Positions 8,884 through 18,105 are shown, counted from the first letter of the stretch. The stretch is 32,000 nt of DNA from Acidothermus cellulolyticus 11B (GCF_000015025.1 NC_008578.1:1770001-1802000), one strand, 5' to 3'. The notes: generated from the letters alone by a model not told the origin. Translations and numbers: made by a program.

Positions 8884-11109
8884 TCACGCGATGTCGACGT
8901 ACCGCAGTCGGTCGTCGGCCAACAACGGCGCGACGGCGTTCGCGAGACCCGGATGCTGGGTGAGCTCAGGATCCGCTGCGATCAGCTGCTCGGCCTCGGC
9001 CCGGGCGGTTTCGATGACGTCCCGGTGCCGAAGCAGGGAGAGGAACCGGAAATCGCTCCGACCGTGCTGGACGACATCCCGAACCGTACCCTCGCCGCGC
9101 TGCTCGAGGTCCAGCTCAGCAAGGCGAAAGCCGTCGCAGGTTGCGGCAACGCCGGTCAGCCGTGCATACGCCGCGGTGTCGGCCGGCGCCTCGGTAACGA
9201 GCAGACACACCGCGCGCTGCCCGGCCCGTCCGATCCGCCCACGCAGCTGGTGCAGTTGGGAGACGCCGAATCGGTCGGCGTCCAGAATCACCATCATGGA
9301 CGCGTTGGGCACGTCGACGCCGACCTCAACAACCGTCGTCGCAACGAGCACGTCGAGACGGCCGGCCGAGAAGTCCGCCAGCACGGCGTCCTTCGCGGCT
9401 GCGTCCATCCGCCCGTGCAGGGTCCCGATCCGCAGTCCGCGGAGCGGTCCGTCCCGCAGGGTCGCCGCCACCTCGTCGACCGCGGCCGCGCGGCGGACCC
9501 GAGGCGGCCGGCCGGCGCCGGAAAGCCCGGGCAGCCTGCCGTTGTCGGCAGGTTCGGCCGGGACGACGATGTCGTCGCTCTCGTCACCGGTGTCGTCCTC
9601 GCCTGTGCTGATCCGCGGGCAGATCACGTAGACCTGGCGGCCGGCCGCCGCCTCTTCGCGGACCCGGGCCCAGACCCGCTCCGCCCAGGCCGGCTTCTCA
9701 CTCAGTGGAACGACGAACGTGTCAACCTTCGGGTCGCCGGACGGGCGTTCCCGGAGCACCGAGATGTCGAGATCACCGTAGACGGTGAGCGCGACCGTCC
9801 GCGGAATCGGCGTGGCCGTCATGACCAGCACGTGCGGCACGGTTCCATCGGAACCCTTCGTTCGCAGGGCGGCGCGCTGCTCGACGCCGAACCGATGCTG
9901 CTCGTCGACCACCACCAATCCGAGGTCGGCGAACCGCACAGTGTCGTAAAGGAGGGCGTGGGTTCCGACGACAATCCCAACCTCCCCGGCCGCAATCGCG
10001 TCGAGCAGCTCCCGCCGCGCACCGCCGGTGACGGAACCGGTGATCAACGCTACCCGCGTCGCCGTCTCGGCGCCACCGAGCTGACCGGCAAGGGCCAGCG
10101 AGCCGAGCAGGCGGGTGATGGTCTGGTAGTGCTGCATGGCAAGGACTTCCGTGGGCGCAAGCAGCGCCGCCTGCCCGCCGGCATCCACCACCGTCAGCAT
10201 GGCCCGCAACGCCACGAGCGTCTTGCCGGATCCCACCTCACCGTGCAGCAGCCGGTGCATTGGATGCGGCGCAGCCAAATCGGCTTCGATGTCAGCACCC
10301 GCGCGTCGCTGGCCCTCGGTCAAGGCGAAGGGAAGCGCGGCGTCAAAGGCATCGAGCAAGCCCCCGCGACGCCGCGGCCGCGGCACTGCCTGCTCCGCCT
10401 GCATCATCCGCCGGCGCAAACCGAGCGCCAGCTGGAAGACAAATGCCTCCTGGAAGGTAAAACGGCGCCGTCCCGTCGCAACGTCGGCCAGGTCAGCCGG
10501 CCGGTGCATGTTCTCCAAGGCGCGGCGCAGCGTGACCAGATTGTGGCGACGGCGGATGTCGGCCGGCAGCGGATCCTCGCTGATGTCGAGGGTGTCCAGC
10601 ACATGGCGGACCGCCCGCCAAATCATGCCGCTCGATATGTGCTCCGCAGCCGGGTACACCGGGATGATCGCGCTCGCGAAAGCGGGATCCGTGTCCGGGT
10701 CCACGAACTCCATCTCGGGGTGAACGATTTGCCGCTCCCCTTTGAACCGGGTGACTTTACCGGAGAAAAAGCCGCGGCCGCCGACGGCGAGTTTTTCCAA
10801 CTGCCAATTGGTGAGATTGAAGAATCGCAGCTTCAGCTTCTCGTCGCCGTCCGTGACGACGACGTCGTACATCCGCCGATGGCCGCTCAGCCGCCGTTCC
10901 CGCACGGACAGAATTTCGGCGAATATCGTGGCGTGTTCGTCGTCGCGCAATTCCCGGAGCGGCGTCAGTTCGCCGCGCTGGTGGTACCGGCGTGGAAAGT
11001 AGGTGAGCAGGTCACCGACGGTGTCGAGCCCGAGCCGCGCGAGGGCCGCAGCGGTCCGGCCGCCGAGGACCTGCCGGAGCGGGAGGCGCAGTTCGTCGCG
11101 GACCGCCAT
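8884..11109 (-). CDS. recG: ATP-dependent DNA helicase RecG
   Basis: 741 aa. Helicase motifs present: GEVGSGKT (Walker A), VVDEQHRFG (DEQH box) and QLHQLRGRIGR (motif VI). Confidence 0.96.
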   Translation of the reverse strand: MAVRDELRLPLRQVLGGRTAAALARLGLDTVGDLLTYFPRRYHQRGELTPLRELRDDEHATIFAEILSVRERRLSGHRRMYDVVVTDGDEKLKLRFFNLTNWQLEKLAVGGRGFFSGKVTRFKGERQIVHPEMEFVDPDTDPAFASAIIPVYPAAEHISSGMIWRAVRHVLDTLDISEDPLPADIRRRHNLVTLRRALENMHRPADLADVATGRRRFTFQEAFVFQLALGLRRRMMQAEQAVPRPRRRGGLLDAFDAALPFALTEGQRRAGADIEADLAAPHPMHRLLHGEVGSGKTLVALRAMLTVVDAGGQAALLAPTEVLAMQHYQTITRLLGSLALAGQLGGAETATRVALITGSVTGGARRELLDAIAAGEVGIVVGTHALLYDTVRFADLGLVVVDEQHRFGVEQRAALRTKGSDGTVPHVLVMTATPIPRTVALTVYGDLDISVLRERPSGDPKVDTFVVPLSEKPAWAERVWARVREEAAAGRQVYVICPRISTGEDDTGDESDDIVVPAEPADNGRLPGLSGAGRPPRVRRAAAVDEVAATLRDGPLRGLRIGTLHGRMDAAAKDAVLADFSAGRLDVLVATTVVEVGVDVPNASMMVILDADRFGVSQLHQLRGRIGRAGQRAVCLLVTEAPADTAAYARLTGVAATCDGFRLAELDLEQRGEGTVRDVVQHGRSDFRFLSLLRHRDVIETARAEAEQLIAADPELTQHPGLANAVAPLLADDRLRYVDIA

Positions 11110-11112
11110 GGA

Positions 11113-12081
11113 TCACCGACCGGGTGCCGGGTCACCCTCGTCGTCCGGGACGGCTTCACCTGCCGTGATTCCGGTAATCCGCGAGGCGGAGACCACGCCG
11201 TTCCGGCTGCCGGCGGCAATTGCCTGATCCGGGTGCGCGGTATGCACGTGGACCTGCCAGACGCCGTCCAGACCGGCGAGGACGACGTCGGCGCCGATGG
11301 CCTGCAGGTCCGCTCTCAGGGCGGCCGCGTTCTCCTCAGTGCCCTGCCAGGTGTACATCACCTCAACGTCGCGGTCCGCATGGCACCGGACGCCGGACGC
11401 CGCTGTGCGTGCCGCTCCGCTGGACAGCCGTTCCCGATCCACGCCGAGCAGCTGGTCCATCGACATCCGGCCCGGTCTCCGGTCGCTGTGATCGTGCACC
11501 ACGTCGCGGAGCGCCTCGTAGATGACGAGGACGCCGCAGCCGCCGGCGTCCACCACTCCGGCGGCGCGGAGCACCGGGAGCTCCTCCGGCGTCCGGAGCA
11601 GGGCGGTTCGCGCGGCGTCGACGGCGGCGTCCGACACGTCCGCCACCGTCCCGCCTGCCTCGGCGGAATCGGCTGCTGCGTGGGCTGCCGCCTGCAGCAC
11701 GCTGAGCATCGTCCCGGCTACCGGCTCCGCCACCGCGCCATACGCGGCGGCGGCACCACGAGCCAGCGCGTCCGCCAACCGGGCGCCGTCCCACGGCAGT
11801 TGCGCCGCACCGGCGAGCCCGGTGAGGAATGCGCCGAGGATGGCGCCCGAGCTTCCGCATGCGTGCAGCACACAGCGGCGCGCCGTCGCGCGGAGATCGC
11901 CACCGTCGTCGTCACCGGATGGCAGGCCGGCGTGGAGGGTGCGGTAGAGGTTCGTCCCAGTGTCCGCGTCTGCGACGGGGAAGACATTGAGGGCGTCGAT
12001 CTCGGTACGCAGCACGCCGAGGATGTCGACGGCGTGCGACCACCAGCGGCGAACCGCTGCGCCGTCGAGCCGGTACAGCAT
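11113..12081 (-). CDS. DAK2 (DhaL) domain protein, YloV/FakA-like, short form (322 aa)
   Basis: The N-terminus MLYRLDGAAVRRWWSHAVDILGVLRTEIDALNVFPVADADTGTNL is typical of DhaL/DAK2. It sits upstream of recG and divergent from rpmB, as in other actinobacteria. ATG 12081 is preceded by GGAGG. The stop lies 3 nt before the recG ATG. Confidence 0.85.
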   Translation of the reverse strand: MLYRLDGAAVRRWWSHAVDILGVLRTEIDALNVFPVADADTGTNLYRTLHAGLPSGDDDGGDLRATARRCVLHACGSSGAILGAFLTGLAGAAQLPWDGARLADALARGAAAAYGAVAEPVAGTMLSVLQAAAHAAADSAEAGGTVADVSDAAVDAARTALLRTPEELPVLRAAGVVDAGGCGVLVIYEALRDVVHDHSDRRPGRMSMDQLLGVDRERLSSGAARTAASGVRCHADRDVEVMYTWQGTEENAAALRADLQAIGADVVLAGLDGVWQVHVHTAHPDQAIAAGSRNGVVSASRITGITAGEAVPDDEGDPAPGR

Positions 12082-12258
12082 GTCACCTCCAGGTGTCGGC
12101 TTCCGAGCGTACGGCGAGCCGCCGATGCGGCTGGCTGGGAGAGCCGGGACAGTCGGGACCGACCGGGGAGGAGGCGATGGTCCCGTCTCGGCCGGTGCAC
12201 CCGGCCGTGTACCCTGTTCGCGTTAGGCATCACCATCCTCGAGATCTGGGAGTGACCG

Positions 12259-12447
12259 GTGGCAGCTGTCTGCGACATCTGCGGCAAGGGGCCGGGTTTC
12301 GGCATGGCCGTCTCGCACTCGCACCGGCGCACCCACCGGCGCTGGAACCCGAACATCCAGCGGGTCCGGGCGCTGATCGGCCGCGGGACCTACAAGCGCA
12401 TCAACGTCTGCACCTCTTGCCTGAAGGCTGGCAAGGTCACCCGGTAA
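12259..12447 (+). CDS. rpmB: 50S ribosomal protein L28
   Basis: [36 protein letters not shown] is the canonical L28 sequence. GTG 12259 is preceded by GGGAG. Confidence 0.95.
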   Translation: MAAVCDICGKGPGFGMAVSHSHRRTHRRWNPNIQRVRALIGRGTYKRINVCTSCLKAGKVTR

Positions 12448-12468
12448 CGCTCCTCCGCACGCTGACGG

Positions 12469-12536
12469 CCGCTCCCGCCTGTAGCCCACGCCGCCCGCTC
12501 CCGCTCCGGACGCAGCCCGCTCCCGACCGCTCCCCT
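12469..12536 (+). repeat. C-rich, G-poor tract with four CCGCTCCC(G/C) copies downstream of rpmB (possible rut-like / Rho-dependent termination zone)
   Basis: CCGCTCCC occurs at 12469, 12495, 12517 and 12527. I see no stable hairpin plus U-tract between the convergent rpmB and thiD ends. Confidence 0.3.
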
Positions 12537-12547
12537 GCTCCGGCCTG

Positions 12548-13342
12548 CTACCGAAAATCCAGCAATCGATCGTGGTCGACCGGCCCGGTACCCGAGCCCA
12601 GCGGGAAGCCCCCGGCGATCGCCGCGGTGACGGCGTCCTTCGCCCGTCCGACCGCGTCAGGCACCGAGTAGCCCCGGGCAAGGTAACTCGCGATGGCGCT
12701 GGCGAGGGTGCACCCGGTCCCGTGGGTGTGCGCGGTCGCGATGCGGGGACTCCGGAAAAACCGGACGGTGACACCGTCGTACAGCGCATCGACTGCGTCG
12801 CCCGCCAGATGGCCGCCCTTGACGAGCACCCACTCCGGCCCAAGGGTCTTCATCGCCCACGCCGCGAGTTCGAGGTCTGTTTCCTCGTGCACCGTGACGC
12901 CCGCGAGTTCGGCCGCTTCGGCAAGGTTCGGCGTGACCAGCGTGGCGAGTGGCAGCAGCCGGCTCCGCAACACAGCCCGCGCGTCGGTGTCGGCCAGCGG
13001 TTCACCGTGGCTGGCGAACCCCACCGGATCGACGATGATCGGAACGTCGAGTGCGGCAAGCCGATCAGCAACCACGTGCACGGTGTCTGCGCGTGCCAAC
13101 ATGCCGATTTTCACGGCGTCCACCCCAATGTCCCCCAGGACAGCGTCGAGCTGTGCCGCGACCGCCTCGGGGGGTACCGGCCACACGGCGGAGACGCCAC
13201 GGGAATTCTGTGCCGTCACCGCCGTCACGACCGTCATGCCGTACACCCCGCACGCGAACATCGTTTTCAGGTCGGCCTGCAGACCCGCGCCGGCCGATGG
13301 GTCAGACCCCGCGATCGCGAGAACCCGCGGTCTTGCTGCCAT
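12548..13342 (-). CDS. thiD: Hydroxymethylpyrimidine / phosphomethylpyrimidine kinase
   Basis: VLAIAGSDPSAGAGLQADLKT and GTGCTLASAIASYLARG motifs. Start set at ATG 13342, which has GGGAGG 7 nt upstream, rather than the track start 13405. Confidence 0.92.
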   Translation of the reverse strand: MAARPRVLAIAGSDPSAGAGLQADLKTMFACGVYGMTVVTAVTAQNSRGVSAVWPVPPEAVAAQLDAVLGDIGVDAVKIGMLARADTVHVVADRLAALDVPIIVDPVGFASHGEPLADTDARAVLRSRLLPLATLVTPNLAEAAELAGVTVHEETDLELAAWAMKTLGPEWVLVKGGHLAGDAVDALYDGVTVRFFRSPRIATAHTHGTGCTLASAIASYLARGYSVPDAVGRAKDAVTAAIAGGFPLGSGTGPVDHDRLLDFR

Positions 13343-13416
13343 GGGCAACCTCCCAGAAGACCTCCCACTGACGGCGTCCGGGTGCCGGCGCCTGAGCAGA
13401 CCCACGTGACATGCGG

Positions 13417-14373
13417 TCAGGCATCGGCGGCGAAGTGGCTGAACCCACTTCCCGGGTACCGCCGGCCGTCGACGACGACATCCCCGGTCTCGCCGGCGGG
13501 CTCGTGCGCCCGGCCGATCACCACCCAGCCGTCCGGAACGGCGGCCCGATCCGGAAACGTGGCAGCCAGAGCGTGATCCTCGCCGCCGGTCAACACCCAG
13601 CGGAGCGGATCGACACCGCAGGCGGCGGCTACCTCCGCGACCACGTCGGCGACCGGCAGCGCCGCTGACTCGACGTCAATCCGGATCCGGCTGGCGACCG
13701 CGACATGCCCGAGGTCGCCGAGCAGACCGTCACTGACGTCGATCATCGAGGTGGCGCCGCGGTCCGCGGCGATCGGGCCTGCCTCGTACGGCGGCTCCGG
13801 GCGACGATGCGCCTCCACCGCCGCCCGCGGCGTGCGAAAACCACGGCGCAGCGCCGCCAAACCGGCCTCCGCCCAGCCCAACCGGCCAATCACCGCGACG
13901 ACGTCCCCGGGACGGGCGCCGCCGCGGGTAACCGGCGTCCGGCCCTGCAAATCCCCAAGCGCCGTCACCGCGACCACCACGGTGTCCGAGCGAACGACAT
14001 CCCCACCGACCACCGCGGCCCCGGTCCGCGCTGCTTCCTCGCGAAGGCCGTCCGCAAGTCGTTCGGCCCAGAAAGCCGGAATGTCCGGCGGTGTCGCCAG
14101 ACCGACGACCAGAGCGACAGGAACCGCGCCCATCGCAGCGATGTCCGCCATGTTCTGGGCGGCCGCCTTGCGCCCCACGTCGTACGGCGTCGACCAGTCC
14201 CGCCGAAAATGCCGGCCGTCGACGAGCAGATCCGTGGTGACAACCACCCGCCCGTCGGGGACGGCGACGACCGCGGCATCGTCTCCTGGGCCGAGCAGCG
14301 TGGCCGCATTGCTCGTCAACCGCTCGATGATGCGAGCAATGAGGCCGAATTCACCGACATCTGCGATACTGAT
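13417..14373 (-). CDS. thiL: Thiamine-monophosphate kinase
   Basis: Motifs LLGPGDDAAVV, TTDLLVDGRHFR, AQNMADIAAMGA, IDVSDGLLGDL and LTGGEDHALAATF. The 3' end is certain. The 5' end is extended from the track start (TTG 14319) to ATC 14373, because the conserved GEFGLIARIIERL motif lies upstream of every canonical start (see findings). Confidence 0.85.
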   Translation of the reverse strand: MSIADVGEFGLIARIIERLTSNAATLLGPGDDAAVVAVPDGRVVVTTDLLVDGRHFRRDWSTPYDVGRKAAAQNMADIAAMGAVPVALVVGLATPPDIPAFWAERLADGLREEAARTGAAVVGGDVVRSDTVVVAVTALGDLQGRTPVTRGGARPGDVVAVIGRLGWAEAGLAALRRGFRTPRAAVEAHRRPEPPYEAGPIAADRGATSMIDVSDGLLGDLGHVAVASRIRIDVESAALPVADVVAEVAAACGVDPLRWVLTGGEDHALAATFPDRAAVPDGWVVIGRAHEPAGETGDVVVDGRRYPGSGFSHFAADA

Positions 14374-14462
14374 CGCTACGCTCCTCGGTTTACTAGCGTG
14401 ACAGTGATCCGAGCGCGTCGCGGAGCGGCGTCACCCGCTCCGGCTGGGATCTGGAGGTGCCC

Positions 14463-14705
14463 ATGACGGTTTCGGCGTACATCCTTATTCAAACGGAAGT
14501 CGGTAAAGCGGCACAGGTCGCCCGTGAGGTCGCGGCGATACCGGGTGTCACCTCCGCCGAGGACGTGACCGGACCGTACGACGTCATCGTGCGCGCCGAA
14601 GCGGCGGATATCGACGAAATGGGGCAGATGGTCGTCGCGCGGGTGCAGAGCGTTCCCGGTATCACCCGGACGCTGACCTGTCCCGTCGTCCACCTCCGGT
14701 CGTAG
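14463..14705 (+). CDS. Lrp/AsnC ligand-binding-domain-only protein (80 aa)
   Basis: MTVSAYILIQTEVGKAAQVAREVAAIPGVTSAEDVTGPYDVIVRAEA is the typical AsnC-type effector (RAM) domain. ATG 14463 has GGAGG 5 nt upstream; the track start GTG 14457 overlaps that SD. Confidence 0.85.
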   Translation: MTVSAYILIQTEVGKAAQVAREVAAIPGVTSAEDVTGPYDVIVRAEAADIDEMGQMVVARVQSVPGITRTLTCPVVHLRS

Positions 14706-14825
14706 GCCGGGACACCGGCACCAGCACTCTCGCTGGCTGCGTGACGCAGCACCTCGGGTGGTGCCGCCGCGAAATTCGTACGCTCCATCCGCGACTGACG
14801 ATGCGGCGGAAACGATCGGAGAGCC

Positions 14826-14905
14826 CGTGCATACCGGCTCGGCGCCGCTTGGGATGGTGCCGGGACGGCGCGTGCATACCGGCTCAGCGCAGTCCGGGAC
14901 GGCGC
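14826..14905. repeat. ~45-bp tandem duplication covering the ddl stop codon
   Basis: CGTGCATACCGGCTC(G/A)GCGC occurs at 14826-14845 and 14871-14890, and CCGGGACGGCGC at 14861-14872 and 14894-14905. The ddl stop TCA (14884-14886 on +) corresponds to TCG in the downstream copy. Confidence 0.85.
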
Positions 14906-16017
14906 CGCAACGCCAATTGCACGAGGTAATCGACCAGCGCCGGGTATTCCAGGCCGGTGGCCTGCCAGACACGGGGAAACACTGATGTCGGGGTGAATCC
15001 CGGCATCGTGTTGAGCTCATTCACAAAGACTTCTCCGGTGGCGGTAACGAAAAAGTCGACCCGCGCCAACCCCTCACACCCGAGCGCCCGGTACGCGATG
15101 ACGGCGTAGCGGTTGACGGTCTGGAGAACAGCCGGAGGCAGGGAGGCCGGAATGGTGATGACCGTCCCCTGGTCCAGATATTTCGCCTCGAAATCGTAGA
15201 ATTCCCGGCCTCGCACGAGAATTTCGGCGGGAACGCTGACTTTGGGTGCTCCGCCGTGCACGTCGTCCAATACGCCGACCTCGATCTCCCGGCCGTCGAT
15301 CGCCCGCTCCACCAACACCTTGGGGTCCACCTCGCGCGCGCGTTCGATCGCCTCGTCGACATCCGCCGGCTTGTGCACCTTCGTGACCGCCACACTCGAA
15401 CCACCGCGCGCGGGCTTGACGAAGACGGGAAAACCCAAACTGGCCACCGATTCGCGGACCGCGGCCGGGTCCGTCCGCCACTCGTCGGGTGTCACGACAA
15501 CGTGCGGCACATCCGGCAGCCCGGCGCCGACAAACAGCACCTTCATGAATTGTTTGTCCATCGCGGCCGCAGATGCGAAGACCCCTGAGCCGACGTACGG
15601 AATGCCTGCCATTTCGAAGAGCCCCTGAATCGTGCCGTCCTCGCCGAACGGTCCGTGCAGGACGGGAAATGCGACGTCGATCCGTCCCAGAGAGCGCAGC
15701 CGTCCCGAAACGTCTCGGACGAACAGACCTGGGTCGGCCGGATCCGGGACGACGACCACCGGGGGGTGTGACGCGTCCACCTCCGGCAGCCGCCCGTCTT
15801 TCGCGGTCAGCGGCGCAGGATCGGCCGGTGGCAGCACCCACCGGCCGTCGCGGGTGATGCCGATGGCGCAGACGTCATAGCCGGCGGCCGTAAGCGCCGT
15901 CATGACCCCACCCGCCGTCAAACAGGAAATGGCGTGCTCGGTGCTGCGGCCGCCGAAGACGACAGCGACCCGTGGCCGGTCTGATGCAGCGCCGGCTTGC
16001 GGAGTGTCCAGCGTCAT
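14884..16017 (-). CDS. ddl: D-alanine--D-alanine ligase
   Basis: Motifs [46 protein letters not shown] and [13 protein letters not shown] 16017 overlaps the gpsA stop (ATGA). The track start 16050 is also possible. Confidence 0.94.
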   Translation of the reverse strand: MTLDTPQAGAASDRPRVAVVFGGRSTEHAISCLTAGGVMTALTAAGYDVCAIGITRDGRWVLPPADPAPLTAKDGRLPEVDASHPPVVVVPDPADPGLFVRDVSGRLRSLGRIDVAFPVLHGPFGEDGTIQGLFEMAGIPYVGSGVFASAAAMDKQFMKVLFVGAGLPDVPHVVVTPDEWRTDPAAVRESVASLGFPVFVKPARGGSSVAVTKVHKPADVDEAIERAREVDPKVLVERAIDGREIEVGVLDDVHGGAPKVSVPAEILVRGREFYDFEAKYLDQGTVITIPASLPPAVLQTVNRYAVIAYRALGCEGLARVDFFVTATGEVFVNELNTMPGFTPTSVFPRVWQATGLEYPALVDYLVQLALRRRPGLR

Positions 16018-17111
16018 GGGCCGATCCTCCGTTCCCGGACAAACCGCCATACCGACTCTGCGACCCGGTCCGGTTGCGCATCCGAATCGGCCGAGTGCCG
16101 CTCATTCGGCCACGGATGCCGCTCCGGTTTGGCACTGCGATTCATCAGGACGCCGACCGCGTCCCGCGGCGGCATGCCTTCGTACAGCACCGCGACGACA
16201 ACGTCAACGATGGGCATCTCCACACTGTGTTTGCGGGCCAATTCCTGAATCGGCCGGCACGACGCAACACCTTCGGCGGTCGTGGTGGTCGCGGCCAGCG
16301 CCGCCGCCACGCTCATGCCGCGACCCAACCGCTCACCCACGCCGTGATTACGGGACAGCGGACTGCAGCAGGTCGCGACGAGATCGCCCAAGCCTGCAAG
16401 CCCGGAGAACGTCAACGGATCTGCGCCCAACGCCACACCAAGCCGTGCGGTCTCTGCAAGGCCGCGGGTAATGAGCGAGGCTCGGGAATTGTTGCCGAAC
16501 CGGAGCCCGTCGGCGATTCCCACCGCCACCGCGATGACGTTCTTCACGGCACCGGCAAGCTCACACCCAATGACGTCAGGATTCGTGTAGGGCCGGAAGT
16601 AGCCGGTCTGACACGCGGCTTGCAACCGGCGGGCGGTCTCGTCGTCCGTGCAGGCCACCACGGACGCACTGGGTTGCCGCTCGGCAATTTCACGCGCGAG
16701 ATTCGGCCCGGTCACCACGGCCACCCGCTCAGGCGGCACATCGGCCACTTCGCAGATGACCTCGCTCATCCGCTTGGCGGTCTGCAATTCGATGCCCTTG
16801 ATGAGGCTGACGTACACCACGTCCGGTGGCGCGAGGGCGACCCAGTTCTGCAGATTCTCCCTCAGGTGCTGAGCGGGAAGAGCGAGGACGACGAAATCAG
16901 CCCCCGCCATCGCTTCCTGCGGGTCGGTTGTGGCACGGACTCGCTCCGGCAGCCGAATTCCCTTCTGATACCAGGGATTTCGGTGACGGTGATTGATGGA
17001 CGCCGCGATCTCCGGACGACGGGCCCAGAGCACGACGTCGGTGCCGGCGTCGGCCAACACCATAGAGAACGTGGTGCCCCACGAACCCGCTCCGAAGACG
17101 GCGGCCTTCAT
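16014..17111 (-). CDS. gpsA: NAD(P)H-dependent glycerol-3-phosphate dehydrogenase
   Basis: [23 protein letters not shown] is the Rossmann GxGxxG motif, and the rest is typical GpsA. The ATG overlaps the plsC stop (ATGA at 17108-17111). Confidence 0.94.
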   Translation of the reverse strand: MKAAVFGAGSWGTTFSMVLADAGTDVVLWARRPEIAASINHRHRNPWYQKGIRLPERVRATTDPQEAMAGADFVVLALPAQHLRENLQNWVALAPPDVVYVSLIKGIELQTAKRMSEVICEVADVPPERVAVVTGPNLAREIAERQPSASVVACTDDETARRLQAACQTGYFRPYTNPDVIGCELAGAVKNVIAVAVGIADGLRFGNNSRASLITRGLAETARLGVALGADPLTFSGLAGLGDLVATCCSPLSRNHGVGERLGRGMSVAAALAATTTTAEGVASCRPIQELARKHSVEMPIVDVVVAVLYEGMPPRDAVGVLMNRSAKPERHPWPNERHSADSDAQPDRVAESVWRFVRERRIGP

Positions 17112-17875
17112 CGCGGCACCTCCGCTGCGGGAGGCACAACCGTTTCCGTGCGTGACGCCGCGGCCCGGGGATCGAAAAAGCGGTCAGGCGGCGATTCGCC
17201 GCGGATGGCCGCGAGGAGCTCGGTGACCCTCCGCATAATCCGGTCGGTCACCTGGCGTTCGAGCTCCCGCGTCGGTTCAGCGGCCCGATACTCGCGGAGA
17301 TCGATGGGCTCGCCAGCGAGGACGTGAACCAGGACGCGGCGGCCCAGCCGCGGCCACTTTGCCCCGTAGGGAAGAATGCGGTGGGCGCCCCATGTTGCCA
17401 CGGGAACGACAGGAACATCGTGCGCCAGGGCGAGTCGCGCGACCCCCGTCTTGCCGAGCATCGGCCAGCCGTCCGGATCCCGCGTGCACGTTCCCTCCGG
17501 GTAAATCACCACGCACTCGCCCGCGTCGAGAGCGGCGTGTGCCTCCCGCAAGGCGTTCATCGCGTCCCGGGTTTGCCGATACACCGGAATCTGACCGGAC
17601 CTGCGGAGCACGGCGCCGACAAGAGGAACCCTGAAGAGCTCCGCCTTGGCGAGAAAGCGCGGGAGCCGACGGGCGCCGTCGTACAGAGCATGGGCCAAGG
17701 TCAACGGATCGACCACCGTCACGTGATTGGCCACCACGAGCACGGCGCCGGCCGGTGGAATGTTCTCAAGGCCGCGCCAGTCTCGTCGGGTGACTGCGTA
17801 GAGCAGGGGCTTGACCACCGCGCCCATGACCGCGAACCAGCCGCGGTGCGCCCCGGATCGACGACGTCGCCGCAT
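17108..17875 (-). CDS. plsC: 1-acyl-sn-glycerol-3-phosphate acyltransferase family protein
   Basis: HX4D motif ([11 protein letters not shown]) and EGT motif ([11 protein letters not shown]). Start set at ATG 17875 ([14 protein letters not shown]). The upstream part of track ORF 17108..18118 is repeat and terminator DNA. Confidence 0.85.
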   Translation of the reverse strand: MRRRRRSGAHRGWFAVMGAVVKPLLYAVTRRDWRGLENIPPAGAVLVVANHVTVVDPLTLAHALYDGARRLPRFLAKAELFRVPLVGAVLRRSGQIPVYRQTRDAMNALREAHAALDAGECVVIYPEGTCTRDPDGWPMLGKTGVARLALAHDVPVVPVATWGAHRILPYGAKWPRLGRRVLVHVLAGEPIDLREYRAAEPTRELERQVTDRIMRRVTELLAAIRGESPPDRFFDPRAAASRTETVVPPAAEVPR

Positions 17876-17982
17876 CCATGCTCTCCTCTCGACCTGCTCA
17901 GCGTAGCGGCCGGCCCGGTGGCCCGACGCCGGATGCAATGGTGCAGCAGGGCCGTGCGCAGCCGTCGGCGCCATCCGGACGT

Positions 17983-18065
17983 TCCGGCAGAGCGAGGAAA
18001 CGACTCCGTAGCCGGCGCGAGGGATCAGTGATAGCTGCGACATCCCGGCAGAGCGGGGAAACGAC
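17983..18065. repeat. Direct repeat (T/C)CCGGCAGAGCG(A/G)GGAAACGAC x2, 61-bp period, upstream of plsC
   Basis: Copies at 17983-18004 and 18044-18065 match at 20 of 22 aligned positions. The second copy abuts the hup terminator. Confidence 0.85.
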
Positions 18066-18105
18066 GGAAAAAGCGAGGAGCTGAGACGCGCGGTCCCAGC
18101 TCCTC
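18066..18105 (-). terminator. Intrinsic terminator of the HU gene
   Basis: The minus strand reads GAGGAGCTG-13 nt loop-CAGCTCCTC followed by GCTTTTTCC. The stem pairs 18075-18083 with 18097-18105, and the A5 run is at 18068-18072 on +. It begins 29 nt after the TAA stop. Confidence 0.75.

Noticed and set aside
8953-12255. 1100-aa + strand ORF, the longest in the track
   Set aside because: It is exactly antisense to recG and the DAK2 gene. Its translation is Arg/Gly/Pro/His-rich with no motifs. Long stop-free antisense frames are expected at about 70% GC. The minus-strand genes have unmistakable helicase and DhaL motifs.
13343-13416. TPP riboswitch upstream of thiD or thiL (also checked 14374-14456)
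   Set aside because: The spacers are only about 74 and 83 nt. They lack the conserved CTGAGA / ACCTGATCTGGATAATGCCAGCG-type elements of the THI-box.
15972-17327. 451-aa + strand ORF
   Set aside because: It is antisense to gpsA, ddl and plsC, and its low-complexity Arg/Gly/His composition has no recognisable domain.
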